Origin: the human T2T-CHM13v2.0 reference genome, Homo sapiens
Length of the DNA: 64,000 bases
Assembly: GCF_009914755.1 (NCBI RefSeq)
Contig: NC_060947.1
Reading direction: 5' to 3' (one strand)
The position numbers were made by a program, and so were the translations under genes. The notes under the pieces were generated by a model that searched no databases, had not been told where the DNA came from, and was given only the letters and a program-made list of their open reading frames with translations. Positions 1 to 17,288 of this stretch are shown here, piece after piece (within the stretch, counting starts at the first letter, position 1; the number at the start of each line of letters is the position of its first letter).

Positions 1-209
<209 letters not shown>

Positions 210-954
210 CTAAGAGCACTTTCTCATAACCTTGGAAAGCCAGCCAATTAGAACTGGTTAAGCTCCTCATTTGTCCTCCTTGATTACCTAGCTCCCTCAT
301 GAACTTAACGTGTCATATATTTCAAGTGCCCCATTTTAAATTTTATTGTGAGCAACATTCCTTCTCTTGTAACAACTTTATTTTCTTAGTTAACTAATGT
401 TTTAATATTGATGAATTCTTCCCGTGTATTTTCTAAACTCACCAATTTGTTTTTGTCCAGGGTGTTGCTGCTTCTATGGTTATTTTGAAGGTGCTTTTTG
501 CTCAAATGAGTTATGGACTCTATCAACCAAATACGGGATTTTTGAGACAGAAATCTGACATTCAGCAAGGGTACAGAAATCTTGCTCTCTAAATTGATGT
601 TAAAACATAACATGTCCATAATTAATGTATTATAACATTTGTCTATAATCTTCCCAGGTGTTGAAATGGTAGTTTCATACTGCTTGCCTTTCAACATATA
701 TGGACATTGTTTAATCCATTCAGAAATTCAGAAATATTCAAGATAAATCACAAATACAAAACATGCTGTAATGCCACTAATCTTTTCTATTAGATTTGCT
801 TTAAATGGTGTCATGTTTATGTCTTCATTTACATTGTCCATTTAATAGGCTTCCCCAGCAGTCCTGCTCTGGTAATTAGCTGGCTTATTTATACCTCAAC
901 ACCTTGAGCTGCTACATCTCATTTAACTTACTGCTCTTTAAAGTTCTTGTATCT

Positions 955-1090
955 CAGTGGTTCTCAACCCTCAATACACATTAGAATCATCTGGGGAACT
1001 TTTAAAAAATACTGATGCCTGGACACCATCCCAGATCAATTAAATCAGAATCTGAAAGTTGTAGCTCTGAGAACCATGGGTTCCTAACCT
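955..1090. mobile_element. MER5-type (hAT-Charlie) relic
   Basis: CAGTGGTTCTCAA...TTAGAATCATCTGGGGAACTTTTAAAAAATACTGATGCCTGG...TTAAATCAGAATCT. Confidence 0.7.
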
Positions 1091-1154
1091 TTGACCAATG
1101 CCACTGCAAACACTGTGCTTAAGGTGAGGTTGAAGCAGTAAAAACAACAATCCA

Positions 1155-1465
<311 letters not shown>

Positions 1466-1514
1466 TGACCTCATCCCTTCCACTCTTATTTTCCTTCCCT
1501 TGGCAGTAATTTAA

Positions 1515-1537
1515 ATATATATATATATATATATATA
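1515..1537. repeat. (TA)n microsatellite
   Basis: Direct reading. Confidence 0.9.
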
Positions 1538-1894
1538 ATTAGATATCATCACATTCATGGGTTATCAAAACTTAGTATTTCTCCACCAACCCTAAAATGC
1601 CATTGGAAAATGCAATAGAATTCTGGAAGTAAGATTGTATTTGAAAATTATAAAAGAGATCCATTTGCTTTGCTTTCATTTTATTGTAATGCAAAGAGAA
1701 ACAGAGCAAGGAGACTATCAGCAAAGACAAAGGAGATTGAAAGAGCATAAGACATTTAGGAAGCTAAAGGTTGTTTAGCATAATTGAGCCTTAGAATAGT
1801 TTCCAAGGGAACAGGGCGGGCAAAGCTGGAGAGGTAAGCATGATCCACATTCTGAGGGACTTTGGATCTCATTTCAAGGGGTTTCATCATGACT

Positions 1895-2080
1895 GGTTAC
1901 ATAACTTGTGTGGCCACAAAAAGTATGTAGCCAGTACAATATGAAAATGTGGGGCCCTTGTTAAAAATCATTGAGAATTTCAAGATGTCAGCATAAGAGT
2001 ATTAAACCATGCACAGGGCTCTTCTAAACATTGGCCTGTGTGTGACTGCACAGGACTTATGCCCAGGAAGTTGGCCCTGG
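1895..2080. mobile_element. MER45A-like DNA transposon relic
   Basis: GAAAATGTGGGGCCCTTGTTAAAAA...TGTGTGACTGCACAGG...TTGGCCCTG. Confidence 0.6.
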
Positions 2081-2237
2081 GTTTAATTATATCCTGAGGG
2101 TGATGTGGGACCTAAAAGATTTAGGCAGTGACTTGAGGTCATTGTAAAGATTGTTCTGACCTTGGTTGGAAAATGGATTGTTGGACCCAGAGAACAAGGT
2201 TCTACAATGGCTTTAAGAAAGCTAGTGTATCTGTCTT

Positions 2238-2866
<629 letters not shown>

Positions 2867-2898
2867 CTAGTGTGTCTATCTCCATATTTTTTCTGTGA

Positions 2899-3276
<378 letters not shown>

Positions 3277-3289
3277 AAGTAAACACTTT

Positions 3290-3480
3290 CATATACAATA
3301 CTGTCATTTGATCCTTCAACTATCTGGTTGTCAGGCAAGGCATATGTTATTATCCTTAGTTTACAGATAAGGAAACAGTTAAGTCACTTGCCAAAAATTA
3401 CATGACTAGTGATTGATGTATACAGGATTTGAATCAGCCCTTCTGACATTTACACTACTGATATTTCTGCTCTATTAATA
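3290..3480 (-). mobile_element. MIR
   Basis: TTTACAGATAAGGAAAC..GTTAAGTCACTTGCC core. Confidence 0.65.
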
Positions 3481-3512
3481 CTGCTAGTTTTATTAGCTAC
3501 TTATAGAAGCAA

Positions 3513-3735
3513 TTTTTTTTTTTTTTTTTTTGAGACAGAGTCTTGCTCTGTCACCCAGGCTGGAGTGCAGTGGATCCTCCTGCCTCAGCCTCCTGAATAG
3601 GTGGGACCACAGGTGCATGACACCACACCAGGCTAATTTTTTAATCTTTATTTTTGTAGAAACAGGGTCTTGCCATGTTGCCCAGGCTGGTCTAGAACTC
3701 CTGGGCTCAAGCAGTCCTCCTGTGTCACCCTCCTA
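3513..3735 (-). mobile_element. AluJ with internal deletion and 5' truncation
   Basis: CCTGGGCTCAAGCAGTCC; TSD TATAGAAGCAATTTTT. Confidence 0.88.
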
Positions 3736-3982
3736 ATATAGAAGCAATTTTTAAAACATCCATTTGTACAGTATTTAGTAGATTTTATTAAATTGTAACT
3801 GAAGTTATTGTCTACTGTGTTTTCAAAGCCTCTCATTACAGAGATCCACATGATGAAATTTGTACTACCAGAAAGATCTTTATGTAGAAAGATGTCTGTT
3901 TTCTTTTAATCAGATGTTAAAAATTATGTTACATGCATCACTCTTTTAGCCTAGCTGCCAGAGAACCTATGTGCCAATTTAA

Positions 3983-4231
<249 letters not shown>

Positions 4232-4680
4232 TGATAATGCTATTTTCACATTATATTTAACTTTCTTATATTAAATGTTATAAGTTGCTTCAAATATATT
4301 TGGAAGCGGTCAGGATATAAATTCTTAATAAACTAAATAATAGCCATTTGGAAATTTATGCAAAAGAAAAAAGCAGTGTTTAAATGGCTGAGCAATAGTA
4401 TAACAGACTTACCCACTCAAGCTTATTAAAGCCAGAATTAACTGACAAGTCAGATAAGCATTCCCTAATTAAATGAAAGAGGAGAATGAATAATAACATG
4501 AAAGTGAAAAAGGATGTGTGAGCCTACAAAAGACTTAGGCCAACAAATCTACTCTTAGAGATTTTCTAATGTCACTATAAATTCTAGTACCTCTGTGTCC
4601 TACTCAATATCTCTCGTGTTTTTATCGTCTTCCATGCTTAGGTCTTGTTTTTATTTTAGGCCTGTCTTTGTTGATATTTC

Positions 4681-4991
4681 TTTCTTTTTTTTTTTTTTTT
4701 TTTTTTTTTTGAGACGGAGTCTAGCTCTGTCGCCAGTCTGGAGTGCAGTGGCACAATATCTTGGCTCACTGCAACCTCCGCCTCCCAGGTTCAGGCCATT
4801 CTCCTGCCTCAGCCTCCCGAGTAGCTGGGATTACAGGCATGCACCACCAGGCCCAGCTAATTTTTGTATTTTTAGTGGAGACGGGGTTTCACCATGTTGG
4901 CCAGGATGGTCTCTGTCTCCTGACCTCGTAATCTGCCCACCTTGGCCTCCCAAAGTGTTGGGATTACAGGCGTGAGCCACTGCCCCCGGTC
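4681..4991 (-). mobile_element. AluS
   Basis: TSD TTTGTTGA(T/C)ATTTCTTT. Confidence 0.95.
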
Positions 4992-5110
4992 TTTGTTGAC
5001 ATTTCTTTATTATTATTTTGTGTATGTCATGACTAGGGATTTAGATATTTGAAGGCCTTGTCTTTTATAATAGATATAACAAGTAAATTTAGGAACTTTA
5101 TATTTTATAA

Positions 5111-5346
5111 ATAGTTGATTATTTTTATAGACTCACTATGTTTAGATTGTTTTAGGTGTTTATTTCTTTTTGTAATTTAAGCACTTAGACTTAGTTACAC
5201 TCCAGGGAAAAACAACATTCTTTTAATAGTCTTGGTTTCACATTTTCTTGATTCTCTTGTCTATCTTTGTTTGTTCCTAATTTGTACATAAATAGTGATT
5301 AAAGTTCAGAGTGGCTACTGCAAAAGATAATGTTTGAATTTCAAAA
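5111..5346 (+). repeat. Left arm of a 237-bp non-Alu inverted duplication
   Basis: Reverse complement of 6704-6940; hand alignment gives 19 mismatches and 1 indel. Confidence 0.93.
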
Positions 5347-6679
5347 CTTACCTTATTTCTTTTATGATATTAATATGTTCGAAGTATCAAGTAAAATTTT
5401 AGCATTTGAGACCATGTGGAATATAAGCTTCTATGTATAGGGGAGATCTTATAAAAACAGCTTGAAGGAAGGTGTTCAGCAGAATTTATTGGCTGGATTG
5501 AATATCTAGTCCACCATTCACCCCTATATTTGAATGGATTCCTTGCCTTCTTATCCTGGGTAGGTTCGTAGTTTATCTTGTCACATGCCAGCCGTTGTTG
5601 TCCACCCTGGACTTCGCCTCTTAAGTAATAGACAGCCCCTGACTTTCACCCATAAATTATCTGATGGTGACTGGTTTGCCTCCTTGGTTTTCTTTCACTG
5701 CCCAGTGCCAGCCTATCTAAGCAAGATCTCTATAAAGATAACATCCTTATTTATTAGGACTGGAAAGTAATTTAGAAACATTCCAGTTCGTTGGTCTTAA
5801 TTTATGGATGAGAAAACTGAGACCCAGAAAGAGGAAGTGACTTACATCTGTATTGAATAACATTTTGTAACATATTGGAATCCAAACATGCAGATTATTT
5901 CTATAGCACTTTGTCTAGTTTTTTTAAGAAATTATATTTCTCTTTGAGTTATTCAAGTTATATTTGTGCATATTAGTTACAGGAGGCAGATTAGTCTTTC
6001 TTACTTTATTTCACACAGATGATTATAGGAATGTAGAGCATCCACAAGAAAAAAATCAATAGCACTTAATATAACAATTTAGATATATCATACTCTATTG
6101 AACTTTGAAGCTATTTGTTATACACTATCATCATCATATTTTTTTCTCTTAAACATATGTAGGTCATAAAATTGAATTGTAAAATTGCGAGTAATTTTTA
6201 TAATTTAGCAAATATTCAACTAATATTTACGGAGTTCCAGGTATGTGACATTACATTTGTGTTTTCTTTACGCCATCACTACTTGATCTTGCTTTTGTGT
6301 ACGAAACACTTCATCTGCTTTTATAATTTTCCTCTATTTTACCTTCTTTCTTCATTTCCCTTGGCTGTCTTCACTAGTCCCAAAACTTTAATCAACGCTT
6401 TAACATGCAGGACTATTAGCTTTATGTCTCCCTTTTTTGCTCACTCTTTGACACACCAGCCCTAATCTTCTAACCATTAACTCCATGTTTCTACCTAGAT
6501 ATAGATCCTTAACCCCCGAACTCAGTATATTTACTAATAAACTCATTCATCTTCCTCTGGAATCTATTTCTTTTAATGTTACCATCACTTTCCTTAGTTA
6601 TACAGGTTTATCACTGGTGGTTTTCTTGATACCACTCTCTCTTGCCTCCCACATCCATTCAATAATTATCATTTTTACC

Positions 6680-7140
6680 ATTTGTTTAGCATTTACCATG
6701 AGCTTTTGGAATTCAAATATTATCTTTTGCAGTAGCCACTTTGAACTTTTGTCACTATTCACGTATGAATTAGGAACAAACAAAGGTAGACAAGAGAATC
6801 ATGAAAATGTGAAACCAATACTATTAAAACAATGTTGCTTTTCCCTGGAGTGTAATTAAGTCTAAGTGCTTAAATTACGACAATGAAATAAACACCTAAA
6901 ACAATCTAAACATAGTGATTCTATAAAAATAATCAAATATGTGCCAGGCCTTTAACATTTCATCCTCAGAACTATCCTATGAGTTAGGAGTTACTATGGT
7001 CTCCATTTTACAGTTGGATCAACTGAGGCACAGAGAAATTAGGGACCTTCCTAAATTCAGAAGACTAGTAAACAGAAGAGTTAAGATTCAAATCTACACA
7101 ATCTGACTCTATAGTTAAGGCTCTTAATCACTGCATTCAG
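6680..7140 (-). mobile_element. MIR interrupted by the inverted duplication at 6704-6940
   Basis: CATTTGTTTAGCATTTACCATG | TATGTGCCAGGC...CCATTTTACAG..AACTGAGGCACAGAGA. Confidence 0.65.
6704..6940 (-). repeat. Right arm of the 237-bp inverted duplication
   Basis: Reverse complement of 5111-5346. Confidence 0.93.
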
Positions 7141-7151
7141 TTGCTTGCTAA

Positions 7152-7577
<426 letters not shown>

Positions 7578-8119
7578 TAGCCAGTTCCCCCGTCTCTACC
7601 TCCCTCCAGTCCATTTCATATACTTTCCTGAGATAAATCTTTCCCAAGCATGGCTAGGTGTATTTAGCTGTCCTTAGCCTAGAGAAAAATGGAGTGGCTC
7701 CAAACTAATTAGGCCCTTGAATAATATAGGAATTTTCCCTACTACCCTTCATTTATCTTGTGATCTAAGCAAACTTAATTACTTCCTGAAACACCATTCT
7801 CTTTATGTATTAATTTATCTATGCCTGAAGTTGTCAGCTTTATGTTCTTATTTATGTATATTATTTTATAATTATCCATATTATACATTATCCTGTGTAC
7901 ATGTATCTCTGGGACATATAGCTATTGTATATGTGTATTGCTTGTTTTCCCTCTGAGATCTTTAAATTCTCTCACATGTAAGCATATGTTGTTGATGTAT
8001 TCTGAAAATGTTTTTTATGTGTCATTGGCGTGATTGTGATTTTACACCATAATTTCCCAATGTTTATGTAAACATTATAGGAACTCTGTATTTGAATATG
8101 AAACTCTTTATGCCATTAG

Positions 8120-8587
<468 letters not shown>

Positions 8588-9939
8588 TGACCTTGGCCTC
8601 ATTAGCACTATGAGCTAACCAAGTCTGACATATAGAAATTACACAAGCGACAACTCATAAGAGAAACCAGAACTGTAAGATGGCCTTTTGGAAATAATTT
8701 TCTTAAAGAGCATATCCAAATGGAGACCTTCATTTAGCAGCTTATAACAAATTCTTGATCGCAGAGTTGCTTCATTTTAAGAGTGAAAAACAATATAACA
8801 ATAGCAGTAGAAATTGAAAGCAGGGAAGTTTTCCTGACATATTGTTTTCTTTCTTGTATAATGTAGATTTATATAGAACAGGGGCTCTAACCACCTGTCA
8901 GTAATATGTTTCTGTCAATTTTCCTGTAGATTTTTATTCATGGAAATAGCACTGGTGGCAAACATGAGCTAGTGAGTGAAAGTATCCTACACAATTCCCC
9001 AAACGCCTCTGCCAGTTTATTTTAGTGTTAATTTTTAGTGCACTTTTTTTTTTTTTTTTTTCAGTGTGGTTGGAGCAAAACAGAGATTAAGAGAAAATTG
9101 CTATGGTTCTACTGGTTTGGATAAATGGGACAGGTGCCAACAATTACCACTGGTGTGACTTTTCCCCCCAATATAAGCATTACTATTATGACTATTTTGT
9201 TTCCTCCTTTTACAAAATGCCAGGTGGAATTTATAGAGTTCTTATTGTGAAAACTAAGACCTATTCCTGATTCTTTTCTGAATTTCATGACTTTGGGAAT
9301 ATCCTTTAGTTTATATACTACAGTTACCCCCTCCATAATATGGGGATACCATGGTGTTAAGATTGATGTAAGAATTAATGTGTTTACCAGTCAGTCTTCT
9401 AGCCAAACAAAAATAAGACACATTTGCACAGCTTTAGTTGTCAGAGAGGTCTGGAGCAATTGTTACATCCTATATATACTTCTGCTTGTGATTTTGAGGG
9501 CTTAGGGTATGTTGCTTCAATCATATTTATAACTAATGCTGTATTTTTTTACTATTTCTGATTGCTACCTTAACTAAATTAATTTTTTCCTCATACCCTG
9601 ATACTAGGCATTTGGAATTTAGTAAGTAGCTGAAATTTGAATAAATAGCAAAAACGGTATAAGTTTTTCAGGTTTTTTTTTTTTTTTTTTGAGCTGGCTA
9701 GAACAGACACATGGATTGAACATGATATCTGACATTGTTGATAATATAATGAGTAATATCAAGGAACGGTGAAGGAAGTGTTGTAGTTTCTAATTTTTTC
9801 AATATGGAAGTGAATCTACTCTATGATAAGTGCAACACAGCTTATCTAATGCTACTTAAATTGAAAAAAAAATGAGAGTTCCATGATAAGATTTAAAAAG
9901 TCATGTTTGCAAAACTCATTTGAATAGTCAGAAGTATAG

Positions 9940-10354
<415 letters not shown>

Positions 10355-12044
10355 CTCTTAGTCCTTTTCTTACCTGTGTGAGTTTATCAGTGCTACACAA
10401 ACCAGGAAGAATGTTAATTTGCTGGCTGCCTCCCTTGAGCTGTTTACCACGTTTTTGAGGCAGAATAGAAAAGGAAAGGAACTTAATTGAGTGTAATAAA
10501 CTTTAAAAAATCTTTCCAGGCCAATTGAGCAGTCATTTCATTACTTTTAAGACAAGCAGGGAATGATCTATAAAGAGGGAAAATAAGAGGAACTAGCTGT
10601 GAGGACTAAATGAAACAAAGACATAAAGAGTACAGCATAGTATAAAGCACATGGTATCCTCTAAATAGTAATAATAATGGTTATTGGTAAGGCCTTGAAC
10701 TAAATTATGCTTGAACTAAATATACCCAAAAACATAACAATTCAGATTTAAAAATGATGAATTGCCCAGTGACGTTTACCATCAACCCCTATGGATAAGA
10801 TGTTTCATTTTAGAGAGTGCTTGGTAGAAAATACTAGATGGAAAAGTCAGAGGATTCTTTGTTACAGACTACATAGCTTGAAATTTATCTTGTAATAATG
10901 CATTAATGGAAAAATAGGAAGACCTCAATCATAGATTCAACTTTTAGCACTGGGTGCAATGTCCCTCATTTTTGAGATACTGCGAGATTCAGATGATTTG
11001 CCCAAGGTCATACCATTTGTTAGTGACCAAAGAAGATCTTGAACCTCAGACATCTGATATAAAGTTATTCCAGTGTTCTTTTTATTTTAACAACCTGACA
11101 TCAGGATGGATATTATAAAAATAGCGCCAAATGTCAGTCTAAAGCAAAATATTTTTGTATTTCAATAAAAAAATGAAAATTATACATTGGATGAAATGTA
11201 TATGACTAAAGTAAACAGGCTTTTGAAATTTAAATCAAGGCTCTTTCATAGAATCTGCATAATAAATGCCATTTATAGTTAATTTATTCTATATGTCATA
11301 TATTTAAAATGCATTCAAAATCAAATATCAAGACTAAATTGTACTCCAGTTGAAAATCCATGACAATTTTCTCTTTGTCTAAATCCTAGCTGATATTTGT
11401 TTATTGCACCCCTTTCTTTTAGAATAATAGAAGCTTGAGAACTATGCTTGGTAATATAACAAGAAAGCATGATTATAGATATAAATGATGTAACAAGAAT
11501 TCTATTCCCAGTTGTGCGTTGTAAGACTGACAAACATTGGATTAATGTTGAATAGGTCATTTGCAATTCTATGCTGTTTGTAGAGAAATCATATTTTGCT
11601 ATTCTTAGGAACTTACATATGAGTTTGTTTTGGAGGTTTTCTGAAACATGAAAGACATAAAAAAGACAGACTTTTCCTGTAGCAATTCATGGAATACGTT
11701 GTACATTGTTCTTCCTAAACTACGTAACTCTCTATGTGAATAAGACATCATATCCTACAAGCCTTACAAACTTTGACTGTCCCTGGACCTCTTGTGAGAA
11801 TAAATTAAAGATGTCATGTCTCATATATTTTGTTATCAGTGAGGAAAAAGAAATAACATTTTCTTTTTCATATTTTGGTAGAGAGTGCATATGATTGATA
11901 GTGAAATACATGCCTATAGTAACTATTTGTAGTTATATATAGATGGAACAATTCAGTGACGCTTTCCAACTTTATCAGGACCTAAGACTTTTACCTTTCC
12001 AAGTCCAAAGTGACTAACTGTAACTCTACTAGTAATTTTTTTAA

Positions 12045-12442
<398 letters not shown>

Positions 12443-12452
12443 TTAAGTAATT

Positions 12453-12603
12453 GGCCGGGCGCAGTGGCTCACGCCTGTAATCCCAGCACTTTGGGAGGCC
12501 GAGGTGGGCGGATTACAAAGTCAGGAGATCGACATCGCGCCACTGCACTCCAGCGTAGGCCACAGAGCGAGACTCCGTCTCAAAAAAAAAAAAAAAAAAA
12601 AAG
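12453..12603 (+). mobile_element. Alu with large internal deletion
   Basis: Left-monomer start fused to right-monomer end; TSD GAAAATTTAAGTAATT. Confidence 0.9.
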
Positions 12604-13363
12604 AAAATTTAAGTAATTGGATGAGTTGTTTTCGTATAAATTGGATGTATACGTTTGATGTCCTCATTGTGTTCAGCAAGCTAAGATGTATATGTACAGT
12701 TAAACATGAGTCATGCCCTCTATGATGAGTTTAAACATTTAAACCAAATATTTGTTACATATGATACATTAAGTACAAATGTTTTTTATCTATGGTACCT
12801 TAATTTATATAACATATCTTAGGTTATAAACTGTTTGTTTATAACAACAAATAAAGCGAAGTATTCAAAATGGCTTGTAGCAAGGTGCTGAGACATGTGA
12901 AGGAGTGCCAGATTGTTCTTGATAATTTACTTCCCACCTCTGACTCACTTTTACATGGTCAGCTTTCAGAGAATAAGCACAAAGATGTTAGCAAAATTAA
13001 GGGCACTTTAAAGTTTTTGTTGAGATGTTTTTAAGTCTTAAACAAAATTTCAAATCCAGAGATTTGTGGGACCAAAATGATGAATTAAAAGAGAAGGATT
13101 CAGTGTATTTTCTGAAAAATTATTCATTACCTATAGCTGATACGACCAGTGCCAGCCATGAATTACCTAGTCCCCATGCATTGACAGCTGATTTACATTC
13201 TTGCGCCAGCTCCTTATCTCATAGTAGATCAGGCGTTTGAGTAGCATAGCATTAGCTTATCTGTTTTTTTAAGATCAATAGAACTCAACAAAGGACGATA
13301 GAACTGTATACCCCAGTCAATAAGTTAGACACTTATTAAACCTTTTATAAAAGTATTGGATAT

Positions 13364-14000
<637 letters not shown>

Positions 14001-14070
14001 AGTATTGGACACTCATCCTCTGAGGAGGCAGTGTAACTGGGTGAGAAAAAACTCTCTTATATATCCTTTA

Positions 14071-14534
<464 letters not shown>

Positions 14535-14999
14535 TCATTATGGATTTGCATTTCTTTTACTTTTTCTTTTCTTTTACTTTTCATTTCTTTTACTTATATG
14601 AATAAAAGGTCTATTCCCTTATTGGTTTGAATTTGGGTTACTTGGTGTCTTTGGTCAGTAAAGAGAAATAATTTGTTTTAGCATCCAATGGATTATGGTC
14701 TGCTTCCCAATTGTTTTTGTTTTTCAATTCCATCCTGATACTGGAACAACAGATCATCTTGTTTTTGCTACAAACAGGTGACACCCAACTATAGTTTGTG
14801 TATATTGTAAGACATACAGAGAGTGTTACAAATTCCCAGTGTTTTCCTCTGTTTCTTAGTCCTGTACTATTCAGGAATTGTTTCACACGAGCCTTGATAA
14901 ACTAGCTTTCTCAAGAAAGAAGGTTATGATATGTTGTTGTTTTGAGATGTTGAAATTATGTTAAATTATGCATAGGAGGTATTATTTATTTATTGAGTT

Positions 15000-15312
15000 T
15001 AGTGCTCCCAAACTGTATTCTACAGAATATTGTTCTACAGGATGTTACAATAATGTTAAAAAAGGGAAAGAAAAAGTATGGAGGTAGTCAAGGGGATCAT
15101 CTGTGGCAAATAAGTTGTGAATGTGCTGGGTTAAACAAAGACAAACAGATCTATTTTCTGCAGAACTTCTCATGACTTTTAATATGCTATTTTTATTGTA
15201 AATCTATAAGGGGCTATACTATAAAACATTTCTCTAACTTATTTAGCCATGGGGTGTGTGTGTGTGTGTAATACTTTTTAACATCTCAAGTATGGCACAC
15301 AGTTTGGGAAAA
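15000..15312. mobile_element. hAT-Charlie-type DNA transposon relic
   Basis: Degenerate terminal inverted repeats AGTGCTCCCAAACTGT ... ACAGTTTGGGAAA. Confidence 0.45.
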
Positions 15313-16642
15313 GGTGGTCTAGCTATTTGTTCTTGTATGCAAAAGGCATGGGTAAAATGGACACAGGACAAAATTGTTAAAATGTTGTTTGTAACATGCC
15401 TACAGACCTTGTTGGCAAAGCTTCCTGATTATAGGAAATCCCCATTGAAATATTCAGGGGGAGAAAAAAATCAAATAGGATTATTTTTTAAATGCATTGG
15501 CTATAACACCCTGTATGTTGAATGTGGGAAATAGACTAATTTTAGCTAATATATAAATAAACAGTATGGATTATATCAAACCCAGGACTTCAGAACATTA
15601 TGAAGCTGTGCATAAGTGCAAGCCTGAGTATTGTTAATTAGTAAGGATGTGGTTTTCAGATCATGTCATCCAGTTATAACAACATACCATAAACACTGTC
15701 CAAGCATTGTCAGTTTGTAAACGTATCATTTGCTGTGAGTTACTTAAAACATTCAAAAGGTGTTTAACAACAGTAATAGTTGATCTGAGAAGAAATCACA
15801 GTGGTCGATCTTGAATAATTATAACAGCAGTATTAAAACCATGGGACTGCAGTGAAGCTGTGATCATGAAAGAACCTCATGTTACAACATAAAACTCTCT
15901 GTGAACCATTACTGAGAACAGAACAACACTGAAAAAGGCCCGGATAGATATATTGCTAGAAACAGTTGCCCTAGTTATTTAGTTTCAAAATGAAGTAGCA
16001 GAGAATCCCATATGGGAAAAGTACTTGTACATATCTCTGTGATGGTGTTCATCTCACGATGTTTGATTCCATTTTGATGGGTTTGTTGATAGCATGATTC
16101 CTGCTGTCACTATGATTTGTGTTTATTATAGCTGTTTCCTTTTTAATAAAGGATGCTGTTGCATATAAACACTGACATGAAGCTATCTTTTCAGAAATTG
16201 CATTCTGTATGCTGATATAGTCATTGCAATGTTGTAAAGTGAGTATTTTGCTACCAACAGAGTTGGATTATATATTTTAATATATCGATTAGTGTATTTT
16301 GTTGTTTCAATATAAGAAAGGACCTATAGTTATATTTATTTTGCATTTGTTCTTAGGTAGTATACACACTTTCAAGGAGAGATAGCACAGTAGGCAATAC
16401 AATGTGGCTGAAGCACACCTTGATAGAAGAACAAATAAAGGACTGGGCAGAGGTGAAAATGATTATGTAGGAAGTAGGAGAAAGTCAGATTCACCATAGT
16501 CGAAGAGTCATGGCAGGAGACCATTGAAAGTCAAGAGGCACCATCTGTCCTAAGCTGAGCTGAGGCAGTGTCTAACTGCCATAGCCAAGAGTAGGAGCTA
16601 AGAAATCTCAGACCGAGAAAATAGCCAAAGATTGAGGGGCTA

Positions 16643-17288
<646 letters not shown>

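Noticed and set aside
14061-14069. Perfect ATATCCTTT U12 donor
   Set aside because: Squeezed between Alus with no plausible upstream acceptor; consistent with chance
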